The position numbers were made by a program, and so were the translations under genes. The notes beneath the pieces were generated by a model that saw only the letters and a program-made list of their open reading frames with translations, was not told the origin of the DNA and made no database searches. A stretch of DNA of 64,000 bases from Octopus sinensis (Eukaryota), in assembly GCF_006345805.1 (NCBI RefSeq), contig NC_042997.1, positions 123,194,001 to 123,258,000 on the forward strand, in the 5' to 3' direction. Of this stretch, positions 13,772 to 27,293 are shown piece by piece (within the stretch, counting starts at the first letter, position 1; each line of letters starts with the position of its first letter).

Positions 13772-13891
13772 ATGTTTGACTTTTGCTTTATATTTGTACA
13801 AGTTGGCTCCAAGTGTCAACCTGTTGTCTCTTGAGGTCTCTCAGTGAGACTTGGAGCCAACTTGTACAAATATAAAGCAAAAGTCAAACAT
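13772..13891. mobile_element. Palindromic 3'-terminal fragment of the R4/Dong element
   Basis: Reverse complement of the last 43 nt, then gt, then the last 75 nt of the element forward. (AAT)n on both sides. Confidence 0.9.
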
Positions 13892-13892
13892 A

Positions 13893-13968
<76 letters not shown>

Positions 13969-15240
13969 TATAGTGTGGAAGTTTAGGTGGGGTAAAGGAA
14001 CTAGAAGAAAAGAAAATGGAATGAGGAACCTGGCGTAGACAAGAAAAAAATAGTCTTTGAAGGAAAATATCAACATCTACATCCATACAACTGGCATATG
14101 AATGTAAAATGTATTTGGAAAAAAATTGGTCATGAAAAGATGGAGAGAGCGCACAGAAGACCCGTCGGAGAATGAATAATCTGGAAATCCTTCACCATAG
14201 AGCCTTGTAGGCCAAAAAGTTTATAGTCTAAGGTTGAAAATAGTGTCAGGGAAATGACAAAAGGTAGGGCTCGGGTGCCAAATGCAATAACACGTGAAGT
14301 GTTAAAATCACTAGAGGACTATGAGTTTGGCAAATTCACACGCATTTTTATTGCTGTTTATATCTCTAATCAACTCTTTGATTAATTTAAAACATTAGTG
14401 TATAACCCTCTCGAATAATAAAAGTTAAGGCTAATATGTACTCTGATTTCAGGTGCATTATTTTCCTGAAATATTTCTTTCTATCAGATAAGAATAAATA
14501 AGAAACAAATCAAATACAGAAATATAAGTGAACGTTGCACTTTGGAGTCTACAGTTCTACAAGATTTGCCCACATCTACTTCAATATCGAAGCCCAGAAG
14601 CAAGTGCATCAACAAAAATTCTATTTGCTAGCGTCATTCGCTATGCAAAAACATTTGATTGCGTACACTAGAGAGAGATCATCAGCTCTTTAGAGACTGC
14701 CGGCTTACAAAGAAAGGAGATTAGAATTATCTCTGTTGTATTGGAATTATAAAGGCGGCCATCAAAATTATCAGAGCCAACAGAAATCAAAAGCGGAAAG
14801 AAAAGGATATGTGTTATCGCTATACCTATTTAATATCTAAACTAACTATATATTCAGAGAGTCAAATGAGATCAAAAGACACGGTCAATCACCTGAACAT
14901 AATCAAATATAAGAATGAAAAGAGTTCGTCACCTCAAAAGACAGCACTGTATCTATGAGTGAGGTTAGCAAACTGTTATATTATGTCACTCGATATTATA
15001 CATACATGTATGAATACATACAAGCATGCGCGTGTATGTGTGCGCGCACGTGTGTATGTATATATATATATATATGCAAGTATGTATGTATTCCTACTTA
15101 TATTTATGTATGTGTGTGTTGTACGTTTTTCAGCCCCAAAGACTTTGGACATGCTGGTTCATCGTCGTTTAAAATTTTAAGGCCCCGGTGCGGAGTATCT
15201 ATCACATATGAAAGAATTTTAATGTCTCAACAGGAAACAA

Positions 15241-15430
15241 GGCGGTGAGCAAACAGAATCGTTAACACACCGGGGGACATGCTTAGCTGCAGTTCGTTCC
15301 TCTTTACGATCAGAGTTTAAATGACTCAGATTCAACTTTGTCTTTCATCCGTTCCATATCGATGAAATAAGTATCGGTGCGGGTATCGGCTATCCACTAT
15401 ACCCAAATTCAAGATTTGGGCCTGCTTTTA
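15241..15430 (+). mobile_element. SINE family A, degenerate
   Basis: aggcggtgagc..cagaatcgttaacacaccggg...caactttgtctttcatcc...gatgaaataagtatc. Confidence 0.65.
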
Positions 15431-15900
15431 AAGGTAATATTTCGAAAAAAGAAAAATAAGGTAGCAAGCTAGAAGAAAGTATAAGAATACAAGACAAGGT
15501 TCTCAAATGCGGCGGCTGTCTTTCATGTTTTCAGTGAAAATAAAATAATTACCAGGCAAATACTGGGCTCCATGTGTTCGACGTTTCCTTTCCCACAAAA
15601 TCTGCTCAGTTATTACCAAAATCTGAAACCAATATTATAAAACAAAACAGTTCAAGGAATAACGCCTGCGCATCACTTCTTGGTGAACATTGAGATATAC
15701 TGTGAAGATAATGTCACCTTCTTGTAGAAGCCGTTAATCGAAGCTTGAAGCCCCATACAATTTAAGCGGTGAAACGTATACATATGAACACACACGCGCA
15801 CGTGCACACACAAACATATGGATAGCGAAGTACATTTCACATACTTATATATGCTTAGGTATAATACCTTTTTGCATTGGAATATATTAATAAAGGTTGA

Positions 15901-16130
15901 AGGCGGCGAGCTGGCAGAAATGTTAGCACGCCGGGCGAAATGCGTAGCCGTATTTCGTCTGCAGTTACGTTCTGGGTTCAAATTCCGCCGAGGTCGACTT
16001 TGCCTTTCATCCTTTTGGTGTCGATAAATTAAGTACCGGTTCACTGGGGTCGATGTCATCGACTTAATCCGTTTGTCTGTCCGTGTTTGTCCTCTCTGTG
16101 TTTAGCTCCTTGTGGGTAGTAACGAAATAT
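15901..16130 (+). mobile_element. SINE family A, full length
   Basis: A box gctggcagaaatgttag, B box gggttcaaattcc, body and tail. Imperfect TSD of about 18 nt (atatattaataaa g/a). Confidence 0.92.
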
Positions 16131-16377
16131 ATATTAATAAAGTTTGTTATTTGTAAATACTTGTGTATTGGCCACATACCGTCTTTGTTATTGGCTGTTT
16201 ATATGCATTCTAAAGTGCATAACACCTTTAAAATAAGAGAGTAAATCCTAATTTTTCATATCATCATCGACACATCATAGTTTTTTCTTTCACCTACTTC
16301 TCCTCTACCATCTCGTTGATTTTATTATTCTATTTATTGTTGGTGTCCTTGTTGTTGTTAGTCTTCTTGTACTTCTG

Positions 16378-16403
16378 TATCATCATCATCATCATCATCG
16401 TCG

Positions 16404-16435
<32 letters not shown>

Positions 16436-16745
16436 TTCATCATCGTCATTGCCATCATCATCATCATCGCCATTATCATCATCGAAATTATCATCGTCAT
16501 CGTCTTCGTCATCATCATCATCATCATCAACATCATCATCATCTTTTTCTCTTCCTCCCCACCCCCTTCTTTCCTTCCCCTTCTCGTATTCTACCTTCTC
16601 CTTCACTTCATCCCTACTTTTCTTTTTTTATCGTTTTTTCTCTTCGTCATCTTATTTTCTTTATTCTTTCTTCTTCTTCTTCTTCTTCTTCTTCTTCTTC
16701 TTCTTCTTCTTCTTCTTCTTCTTCTTCTTCTTCTTCTTCTTCTTT
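16378..16745. repeat. (CAT)n and (TTC)n trinucleotide microsatellites
   Basis: Direct reading; source of the poly-I/M/D/S/L/F pseudo-ORFs. Confidence 0.95.
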
Positions 16746-17318
16746 TTCTTCTCATTATCCTTTTGAACTTCCTTTAACGAACGTATACGTGGAATATGCA
16801 CCACACCCTGTACTTAACCAATTTGTTCTTCGTGTTATTATTTTTTTTACAACATACAGTTTGAATTTGCCCCCAAAACAACATGTCAAATTTGTAATTT
16901 AAAATTTTCATTTTCACATTGTTCTGAATATTTTTTCTGTAAAATGTTCGATTCAGAAAAAGAAAAGAATAAAAATGTCCAACGGAATGACGTAGAAAGA
17001 ATAATTATTCGTAGGCGAATTCCATTTTGGCTTCTCGTTAATGAGCGTTTTGCCAAAAATATTCCCGTATTTTGGTGCGAAAGTTTTCAGGTTAAGTAAG
17101 TGAGAGGTTTCGCGGCATTAACCAGAAATTGCATAACAATCAGTGGGATATTTTAATGCTAGGGAATGTGAAACTGGGTAGTGGTGAAATAACGAATGTT
17201 TCGAAAGTGGTACCGTAATGTTTGTCATAAGAACTGTTACAAAGATAGCTTTCTATAAATTTCTCGTTAATAATGGGAGGAATCGAAAAATAAGCAGTTA
17301 CCTGAAAAATAGTAGTAA

Positions 17319-17712
17319 TACTCTTTTATTTGTTTCAGTCATTTGACTGTAGCCATGCTGGAGCACCGCCTTTAGTCGACTAAATCAATCCCAGGACTTA
17401 TTTTTGTAAGCCTAGTACCTATTCTATCGATCCATTTTGCAGAACCGCTAAGTTACAGGGACGTAAACACACCAGCATCGGTTGTCAAACGATGCTGGGG
17501 GGACAAACACAGCCACACAAACATACACACACACACACACTCACACATATATATATATATACGACGGGCTTCTTTTCAGTTTCCGTCTAACATATCCAAT
17601 CACAAGGCTTTGGTCGACCCGAGGCTATAGTAGAAAGAACACTCGCCCAAGGTGCCACGCAGTGGGACTGAATCCGGAACAATGTGGTTCATTAGCAAGC
17701 TACTTACCACAC
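17319..17712 (-). mobile_element. SINE family B, followed by (AAT)n at 17713-17822
   Basis: Matches the other B copies; the first bases of the head are replaced by the AAT tract. Confidence 0.9.
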
Positions 17713-17727
17713 AATAATAATAATAAC

Positions 17728-17812
<85 letters not shown>

Positions 17813-17827
17813 GCAACAACAACATGA

Positions 17828-17935
17828 AAAATACCTTAGGAATAAGAACCCAGTTTCGAAATTTCCCGAAGACACCTGATGAAGGCTGGATTTTATATTA
17901 ACCGAAACGTTATATCCGTCAAATGTAAATAATAT
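17828..17935 (+). mobile_element. Penelope-like element terminal-repeat remnant with decayed hammerhead core
   Basis: acac-CTGATGA-a-ggctg...GAAACGTT. Same family as 49340-49560. Stem II and stem I are disrupted. Confidence 0.65.
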
Positions 17936-18800
17936 AAATAATATATCAAAATATGTTTTTAGAGTGTTTTTAGACAACTGAAATTTTGAAAAAAATGAAA
18001 TTTTGAGAATTATAATCAATGTATCATTCTATGCTTGTGTTAATTATATTCAATGTTTTCTTTGATTTTCTAAGATGTTAGATGCACGTGATCTTGTAGT
18101 GGTGGGGTGCGGGAGGAGTCAAGATTTGCCTGCTACTTTTAGCATGTCCAGCCAACCTTATGATATCTCGCCTGGCTGGCAAGTGCATATGAACGAACAA
18201 GTTTAAATTCTTCGAAAAATTGGTGTAGGCCTTTGAAAGCCGAAAATTGTATTTACAGGAAGGGTTATAAAAAAATCAAATTGAAGTTTTGAAAAAAAAA
18301 ATCCCTGTCAGTTGCAATTTCCTTGAATATAGAATTTTGAAAGTATAAAATACAAAAACAACATTAAAAATAAAAGAAACAGAAGAGTCAAGAAAAAGAA
18401 ATTAAAAAACAAAACTTGGTGTTGAAGAGGAAATCTAAAATTTGATAAGCTGTCTAATTTTTTTCCTTTTTTGCCGCAGTGGTAATCTCTGTTGTTTGAA
18501 ATCACAGAAATTCGAAGGAAAATCTGGCGTGTAACGCCCGTTACAATACCGCAATTACTTTTCTTTGCTATGGCCTTTAACTACCACAATTATTCAGAGT
18601 AAATTAAATACGTAGTATTTTAAAACCTCCACAATCAAATTCAGTATGTTCGTTCAAATTAATACCCGTCGGTGTTGCTGATTGTATGTTGAAGTGACAT
18701 TTTCGTCGTTGGGTGACAGTATTGCAGGGTGAGTAACTTAATCACCTCTGCCGTGCCTGCATCTTTTTTGATACATATCTGTATCCCTTAGTACACTTAC

Positions 18801-18900
18801 CCCACAACCACAGTCATAAATACAACGATCGTAGCACCCATGGAACTGCAGGGTATGGCAAGTATCACAATATGAGATAAGACAAGTATTATTCCACAAA
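18801..18900 (-). CDS. Candidate internal coding exon of a multi-pass membrane protein
   Basis: Acceptor gattttcttcag, donor gtaagt, 100 nt, open hydrophobic frame xCGIILVLSHIVILAIPCSSMGATIVVFMTVVVG. A second, Cys-rich frame is also open. Gene not recognised. Confidence 0.55.
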
Positions 18901-20589
18901 CTGAAGAAAATCTTGGTAATCACAATTTGAAACAGATATCTGTTTCCGAGGTATTATTTTCCTACATCTTCTCATCTTCTGTATCTTCTTTGTAATCTTT
19001 TCCGCATTTTCGTCTTCTCTTATACATTCTCCATCAATTTTATGTTCCCTCCTTCTACCTTCCCCACCCTACTGTCATCTTTCTTTCTTTATTACTTCCC
19101 CTGTTTACTTTTGTTATTTTTTTATATCTTGTTGTTATTCATCTTACTGTTTCCTCTATCGTCTCACATTTCTTCTTGCGGTGTATATATTTTCCGATAG
19201 TTTTTCTTATTTGATTAAATTTCTCTTATCTTCTATCATTTCAGATAACTACACCTTGAAATAATTTGAAATGTTTCCTGTAAAATTTCGTTGTCATAAA
19301 ACATTATACTGTTTTACTGCATTAATAATGTCATATCATTTCTGGTATAGAATGCAAATAGAAGTTTCTGTTTTCCAAAATGATAAGTAAAAAAACATAA
19401 ATGTTACAAGACTATCAGCTTTCGTCACCGATAAATATTTGCACATCATGAAAAAAGAAAAAAAAACGCCAGATATATTTTTAGATCGATATAGTAGATT
19501 CAATGAAAAATGAAACCTGTTGAATATTGTTATAGTGAATAATTTAATCCATTATCTTTATACAACAATATCTCGGTCTTTATACGACCTTTTGTTTATT
19601 ATCCATAATTTATTTGGTCTGTTAGTTTAATGGTTCTTTGATACGTGGCTTGTTGAACGCGTATTTTATTACAGTGAATATTTTTTTTTACATTGATATA
19701 GAATAAAAATAGTTTCTGTGACAAATATATTTGATTTTCTAGTTGTATGCACAATAACCTAATCTTGAGATATATCAAAGAATGTGAGAAAAAAGAAGTA
19801 GAAAAGTGTAATTGTTTCTTTGGAAGCTAACATACAAATTGTTTTTCACTGACGTTGTGTTTCATTATCTCCTGCACTTGTTCTTCAGCCTGGAGTCTGC
19901 AAACATCTGTACACCTTATAAAAACTGGCTGTCATGTGCTTTTTGTTTTTCCATCGCTAAATTTCAATACGATTCTTTGTTGTGAAGACTCACATATGTT
20001 CCTAAAGTCAATTACTTAAACTAAGTATTAAAATTATGTTATTTTGCTAACGACACTCGTTTCTATGGACATTTATCCAAAAGAAAAAGAAAGATGATCA
20101 GAAAATAAGAAATTTAATTAGAGAAAATTATTTTCAACATGTGTATTTTCCTTTCACGTTTGATTCTACTCAACGTGCTGTTTTATGGTTTGCCTTATTG
20201 CAAAACTATTTCTGCTGCATCGATTGCCAATTACAGTGAAGAGTTCTTGCTGTTTATTTACAATTACTTTCAAATTGACAGGTGTTAGTAATTTTCACAG
20301 TTCTCTTCTTGACATATGTTTTATACAGTGAAAACAAAGCTATCATTATTGATATGTGGTTGTTAACACTTTCTCATAAACCAAATTCACTTTGTCCAAT
20401 TTAAATTGTGATTCCGAAGTTTTTTCTTCAGTTTTTGGACAAAATACTTTTCTTGAATCATATATATTGTCAGTTACATGCCGTATAATTTTCTGTCATA
20501 TCTTAGAGAGATGGAAGCTAAGATACGGCATATTGTGGTTTCAAATTTTAGCACACACCATCAATGTTGGGAGGCGGTTAGGATGATTA

Positions 20590-20710
20590 ATTCGACCCCA
20601 CTGCTCAACGGCTACATATTTTATTGACCACCAAATGATGGAAAGTGAAGTCAACCTCGGCGGAATTGAACTTAGAACGTAAAGTCAAACGAAATACCAC
20701 TAAGCATTAG
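20590..20710 (-). mobile_element. SINE family A, degenerate fragment
   Basis: gtcaacctcggcggaattgaacttagaacgtaaag...cgaaataccactaagcatt. Confidence 0.7.
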
Positions 20711-21324
20711 GAGCTTATTCAGCTTTACGTTTGCTATCAAAGTGTAAGTTTTACACTGTGAAATGTTAGAAAAAAATTTCGTTGAATTTGCGTGGATAAT
20801 GACATGTTGTGTAGTTCGTAATTTATTGTGAATACTTTGCTTACTTCACTCTATGGCAGTTTACACAAATAAGGTTGTGACTCGCATCGTCAATATAATT
20901 AGTTGTATTTCTGTATGCTGCAATATCTACTTCCAGCAGTAAGGTGTTCGATTGTTTCAGCCATGTTTTCTTAATTTTACTGACTTGCTTCGCACTTGTT
21001 TAATAATAAAGGATGTTTCATGAGATTTGGTAAGAAGTCAGGAATAGTGTAATGCAAAATTGCTCGATATGCACTAAGAACTCAGTGTACATTTGAGATG
21101 TAGAGTGAATCTAGGTTTGATGCCATTAGTTTACAGCTTGATTTATTTGTATTAATTTCGACAAAGGATATGATTCGTGCATTAAAGCCAAACGATAATA
21201 ACGTGATTGGTTACGTTTTTGTACAAATATATATCAGAGGGTAGCTTTGAGGAGTGTTCGAAGGAGATGCTTGGTATTTCTAAGTCTGTTAGGATAATTC
21301 ATATATATATATATATATATATAT

Positions 21325-21373
<49 letters not shown>

Positions 21374-21639
21374 CCTGTCTATATTTTTAGAGTCGAAGCA
21401 TGTAAGATATGTATAATGAATACATGCTAAGCTAGATGCTTTGTAACTTCCACCCTGAATTTAAATATACTTCTTTAGCGTAATACATAAGTTATGAAAT
21501 TTGGGGCATCTTTGTCGTTTCGTTTGTCTGTGAAGAGATTACATATCAGCTGGGATACTGTTTTAGGTTACTAGGTATCAGAATCGGTGTATCATCTCCT
21601 ATAAGAAAAGAAAAAAATCGGCAATACGTAAATACATAC

Positions 21640-21756
21640 ACATACATACACATATATGTATATACCCTCACACATATGTGTAGATATGCTTATATATATA
21701 TATATAATATATATATATATATATAATAAATAGACATATATGTATGCTTATATATG

Positions 21757-21834
<78 letters not shown>

Positions 21835-21863
21835 ATTTATATATATATAATATATATATATCC

Positions 21864-21915
<52 letters not shown>

Positions 21916-22110
21916 ATATATGTATGCTTATATATGTATATATTTACATAAATGTACACTTATACACATATATACATATATAGATTATCTATTATATCTA
22001 TATCTATTTATATATTTATATAAATAAGTATACGTGCATTATGTACATATATATATATATGTGTGTGTGTGTGTGTATATGTATATTTGTGAGTGCGTAT
22101 GAGTATGTGT
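21640..22110. repeat. Compound (TA)n/(TG)n microsatellite block
   Basis: Direct reading. Confidence 0.9.
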
Positions 22111-22444
22111 GACTCTGTATGTGTGTGTTTGTGTGTACATATACTTAAGCTATTATCTTGCTAAGAAATAAAGATAACAGATTATACACACGTTGTGGAA
22201 GTTTCTGGAACATTTGTAAGGTAATTACTTTTCCTGTTATTCAGTTCTTTGAACGAGAAATGCTTGTACCTGTCAAAACGTGCTTTCCAATCTTGTTATG
22301 TCACTTCAATAAACAATTCTGTATTTGTTAACGTTACTTCGCCGTTTGCCACCACACGGTACATACATCCCCTTATACTTACATACATACATACACACAT
22401 ACAGACTTATATATATAAATATAAATATATATGTACATATATAT

Positions 22445-22489
<45 letters not shown>

Positions 22490-23332
22490 CCAGACTTATA
22501 TATATATGTGTGTGTGTGTGTCTGTGTGTGTATGGAGGAGTAACTATGTGTTTGTTTGAGTGTGTTTGTGTGTGTCTCTTTATGTATCACTATGTTCCTA
22601 TGTATGTGTACTTATGACTGAATTTATGCCTGTGTACATACCTTCGCGCGCACACACGTATGTATTACGTGCAATATACATTTATAATTTTATACTGACA
22701 TACATATAATGGCATATATACCCGAAAACCCTGACGCGTATTCACACACATACACTTCTTAATATATCTGTATATGTCAAGATGTATTTACAAGGAACAA
22801 GCAAATATCTGTCTACACAATATTTACATTCTAAGGAGACAGCGATATGTTCAGAACACTGTCTTCATAGTAAGAATCATTTTAGCAATCTCTGTAAGTT
22901 ATGGAAAGAAACTGTTCTTAACGGTAATAGACTTAGTCTGAGTTGGCTCATCATGTACTTCAGCACCCCAAGCGTCAGATACGCTGTTATTTGTAAATCT
23001 GTAACAAATCCAGCAAAGCCACTGGTTATGAGCCACGAAAGACGAGATTACAAGTGGCTTTCAAATATCATATGTTCACAACATTATTCGTAAAACAGTC
23101 TGGTGGTCAGACTGCAGTTTTTGTGTGTGAAACGCTGTTTAGGGTTCCACTGAAACAATAATTCTGCATTATTTAATATACCTAGAAAAATACGCATATG
23201 CACGCTTATAACCATATCTACATAAAAATGTTGATCTTTTTACTTTACTATTAATGTTGCTGCAAATGTTTTGTTAAAGTTGCTGTTTCATTTCAGCTAT
23301 CATCAGACAAAATGTAATTGAAATTCATTAAA

Positions 23333-23650
23333 ATGACAGATCTATTGGACTTTCAAGACGTCAAATTGTTGGCGCACGTACGGCAGGCGCTAGCGTAATG
23401 AAAACAGCCGAATTGTTTGGTATATCAAGAATTATTGTCTCGAACATAATGACAGCTTTTGAGAAAGATTAAAAAACCTCGAAACAATAATCCGGAAGAA
23501 AAACAAAACTTTCAGTTGGAGACTGTCGGACTCTTACTCGAATTGTTAGAAAAGATCACAAACGTGCAGCTCCCAAAATTACTACGGATCTTAATGACCA
23601 CCTCGGGAACCCAGTTTCCACAAAAACTGCTCAATGAAGTCTTGAAGCAA
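23333..23650 (+). mobile_element. Tc1-like transposase N-terminal (HTH) remnant
   Basis: MTDLLDFQ..QIVGARTAGASVMKTAELFGIS..IVSNIMTAFEK...RTLTRIVRKDHKRAAPKITTDLNDHLGNPVSTKT, with a frameshift and stops. Confidence 0.8.
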
Positions 23651-25228
23651 GGAAAGTGACAGAATATTAAATCAATATTATCATGTGGAACAGTTGCAAA
23701 AGGTTTCAGCTTAACATGTCTAGACAGGACAATCTGTAGTGACCATCGGCTCAATGTGCAACTAAACTGCAGGAGGTTTAAACCAAGCTCGGAAAAGCAA
23801 CATTGATAGATCGATAGCGGAGCAGAAATTCACTTACGAGTCAAACTTAATAAAATGCATACCAGGTGGTAGTGGTGTCCACTTTCGGTATTGATAGAAA
23901 GCATTTATTTGTACTGCGATTACTTACTATTCAAAATCGTGAGACAGACAACTCTCTAAAATAATTCGGAAGAATAATTTGAGCATCAACATTTCCACTG
24001 GCAAATGTAAAATGTTCAATAAATGCAGAGAGCTCGGATACAAAGACATGTTCTTCTCACAGCTCCCAATATGTGATCGAGTTCAGGGAGATTCTGATCG
24101 AGTTAAAAAGATGCAGTTAAAAAAACGTGATGCTACAATCGTTATTATATAGGCAGTTTGTTTTTGCAGATATGGAAGGAGTACGTATGTTCTATGTAGG
24201 GGTGTGATAAAACAAATAATATTCTCATTCCAAATAAGTAGGAATCCTGAAAAAAACAATAAATAAACGCCTTTTCAAGATAAAATAATTTTCACGAAAG
24301 TGTATATTGAGGCCTTAGCTTTTATTCGTAGAGACATACACAGTTACAATAATCAGGATTATGCACTATTTGAAAATTTCCCAAGTGCGAGCTTGTATAA
24401 TTTTGCTGCATCGGGCATCCTTTATGTTTTCATAATTGGTATCCATTTAACATAATAGCATTATAATCGCATATAATTTTCTAAGTATGTGTAATAAGAA
24501 AAAATGTATTAACGAAATAATGCGCTGAAATATACTAAAAATATTTAAGCTTTTCCTGAAAGAAATGCTTAGAAAATATTTCGATTGCTATATATTCTAT
24601 AGCTTTAAATATACTGAGAAGATTCAACGAGCAGTTAGTGTGTCAGTGTTATATTCAGTCAACACAGAAAATAGGAGTGGGACTGGTAAAATCCAGGTTA
24701 AATAACGTTTCTAGCTAGAAGACCTTCCGATGTAATAATTATTGAACTAGGAGTACTCGGCCAGCAACTATTGTTCCTGAACGTCGCTTTCTATATTTAC
24801 CATGGACTGCTCGAAAATTACAACCTTCCTACACTTAGATCGCTGGATATTATAATTACACACGCACGCACACATACGCACGGGCATGCACAAACGCACA
24901 CGCGCACACATTTACAGAAAATCACACACGTATATATGCATATAATTTATAAACTTTCAAGGGAATATGGAATAGTTCCTATAATTGGAAATTTGGAATT
25001 GGCTCCAGGACGCAAAATAACAAGTAAATATTGGTTTGAAAACCTTTGGATAGAATAAAGTGGAAAATCTATCCCAAAAGGTTTATCTGCCGAATATTTA
25101 CATACGCCTATTTATAGGTTTCAATATAGCTCGAGACCCAGTTTGTACATACAAACACTGACTCACACAAACACACACACATACATACTACACACATGTG
25201 CACACGCACATACTATACACACACAAAC

Positions 25229-25259
<31 letters not shown>

Positions 25260-25263
25260 AGAG

Positions 25264-25324
<61 letters not shown>

Positions 25325-25740
25325 TGTGTAATAAAAGAAGGAAAATGCACAGAACTTACATATATTAAATGAAAGTATATTCTGGTTTAATGTCCTGTTT
25401 CGCTTTCGCCAATTGAATGTCTTGTGGATTCGTATTTTCTTAAGAGGTTTTAATCTATGTTCTTTTTTAAAAGTATGCGAATGAATCAACTTTCGCAAAC
25501 TTTCATACAAGAACATGGACAAAAAAAGTCTTAAGAATATATACAGTCACAATAATTCCGATGTCATGTTTAGCCAAAGCGAAACTGGTCGACAGACTCT
25601 TTCATTTAAAATATATTTAATCTACGTAGACGGAGTGCGTTTTCCTACTTTTATTATATATATATATTTTTTGCATTACAAATCACACTCTGGAGATGAT
25701 CGAAATTCTCTTCCTCCTTTTTCTTACTATATATATATAT

Positions 25741-25979
25741 TCTCTTTTATTCTCTTTTACTTGTTTCAGTCATTTGACTGTGGCCATGCTGGAGCACTGC
25801 CTTTAGTCGAGCAAATCGACCCCCGGACTTATTCTTTGTAAGCCTAGTACTTATTCAATCGGTCTGTTTTGCTGAACCCCTAAGTTACGAGGACGCAAAC
25901 ATACCACTATTGGTTGTCAAGCTATGTTGGGGGAACAACAATATACCCACACATACATACACACACACATACACACACA

Positions 25980-26053
<74 letters not shown>

Positions 26054-26211
26054 CGACGGGCTTCTTTCAGTTTCCATCTACCAAATCCACTCACAAGGCT
26101 TTGGTCGGCCCGAGGATACAGTAGAAGACACGTGCCCAAGGTGCCACGCAGTGGGAATGAACCCGGAACCATGTGGTTGGTAAACAAGCTACTTACCACA
26201 CAGCCACTCCT
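25741..26211 (-). mobile_element. SINE family B
   Basis: Full match, with a long CA/TA central tract. Confidence 0.9.
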
Positions 26212-26562
26212 ATATATATAAGTGGTATCCATGATAGGACTCCCTTACGCTAGAAGGAACGGCTAAAGTCCAAACCACTAATTAGGGTTAAATTTCGAAG
26301 GGAATGAAAAATATAAACATTTACCATCTATTTCCTGGACCATGGTTTCTGACTTTTTTAGCAAATAATATCATTTGCAAGGCGAAGTTTTCGTCAACAG
26401 GTATGCCAAAATTAAACATATAAAAACGAGGTCAATCCAGCAAGCGCCTTTTTCTTATACATTAAAATTTTTCAAAACCATTCCGAAAGCGCAGTTTTTT
26501 GTCGGCGGCAAAAAAAATGCCCGCAATTTCTTTTTTCAGAAAGCATTATACATAATTAATAA

Positions 26563-26820
26563 TATCGGCTCAGTGGTTAGAGCGTCGAGCTTACGATCGT
26601 GAGGTTGTGAGCTCGAATCCCGTACCGGGCTGCGTGTTGTGTTCTTGAGCAAGGCACTTTATTTTCAAGTTGCTCCAGTTCACTCAGCTGTAGAAATGAG
26701 TTGCGGCGTCACTGGTGCCAAGCTATATCGACCTTTGTCTTTCCCTTGGATAACACTGGTGGCTTGGAGAGGGGAGGCTGGTATGCATGGGCGACTGCTG
26801 GTCTTCCATAAACAACCTTG
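26563..26820 (+). mobile_element. tRNA-derived SINE family C
   Basis: A box ggctcagtggttag, B box gagctcgaatccc, then gtgttcttgagcaaggcac and cactcagctgtagaaatgag (core-domain-like). No complete acceptor stem. Confidence 0.75.
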
Positions 26821-26904
26821 TAGCGTATTGACTAATTTTTCAATACACTAGTCCACCGCTAGTAAAAAATTCTAAAATCTTTATTAACTAGATATTATTA
26901 ATTA

Positions 26905-27265
26905 TCTCTCTATATATAAACGGCAGTTTGTCTGTGTGTGTTTCTGTGTGTCTGTTTGCTTGTACCCTCACCCTGACCACGGCTTTCAACCGATTCTGAT
27001 GAAACCTGACACACACATAGCCCAATGTCATAATTCAAAACTAACGCCGCGAAAATTTTGAAAAGTTCCCCCAGTTCTGAAAAAAATCGATAAATTCGAC
27101 ATGGGGTCGAGAATCAGAAACACAAACCACAGACTGTCAACTCGACCTTTTTAACTAAAACAAAATTTACCATCATTTTTTTTCCATTTTTTGGCTTTAA
27201 CTCTCTAAAAATGCTTTATAGTTATTTCCCTTACAAACCCGAGCAACGCCGGGCGATACTGCTAG
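26905..27265 (+). mobile_element. Non-autonomous Helitron
   Basis: A|TC start, hairpin cccgagcaacgccggg, CTAG|T end. Last 68 nt or so are nearly identical to 2654-3148. Confidence 0.82.
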
Positions 27266-27293
27266 TATATATATATATATACGTATTTATGTA

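Larger units (their letters stand above)
11623..13969. repeat. (AAT)n microsatellite tracts (11623-11681, 12650-12725, 13692-13771, 13894-13969) separating the Dong inserts
   Basis: Direct reading. Confidence 0.95.

Noticed and set aside
11623-13969. Repeat-spacer-like or CRISPR-like array, or telomere-like tract
   Set aside because: The repeats are a simple AAT microsatellite and the inserts are duplicate retrotransposon pieces, not unique spacers. The context is eukaryotic.
16316-16777. Long ORFs with poly-I/L/M/D/S/F, and similar YIYI, HTHT and YLSI ORFs elsewhere (e.g. 41553-42275)
   Set aside because: They are translations of microsatellites that lack stop codons, with no coding signal.
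22782-23093. 103-aa ORF with ICSEH, THAP-like at first sight
   Set aside because: The other THAP C2CH residues and spacing are absent, and no splice or family support was found.
23843-23965. Other GTAAGT-bounded minus-strand exon candidates (also near 30259, 45181 and 51548)
   Set aside because: GTAAGT is expected many times by chance in 64 kb of AT-rich DNA. Acceptors are weak or frames uninformative, and RNA-seq would be needed.
26563-26635. Possible tRNA genes (also 48530-48606)
   Set aside because: A and B boxes are present, but acceptor and anticodon stems are imperfect and the sequence continues into a SINE body.
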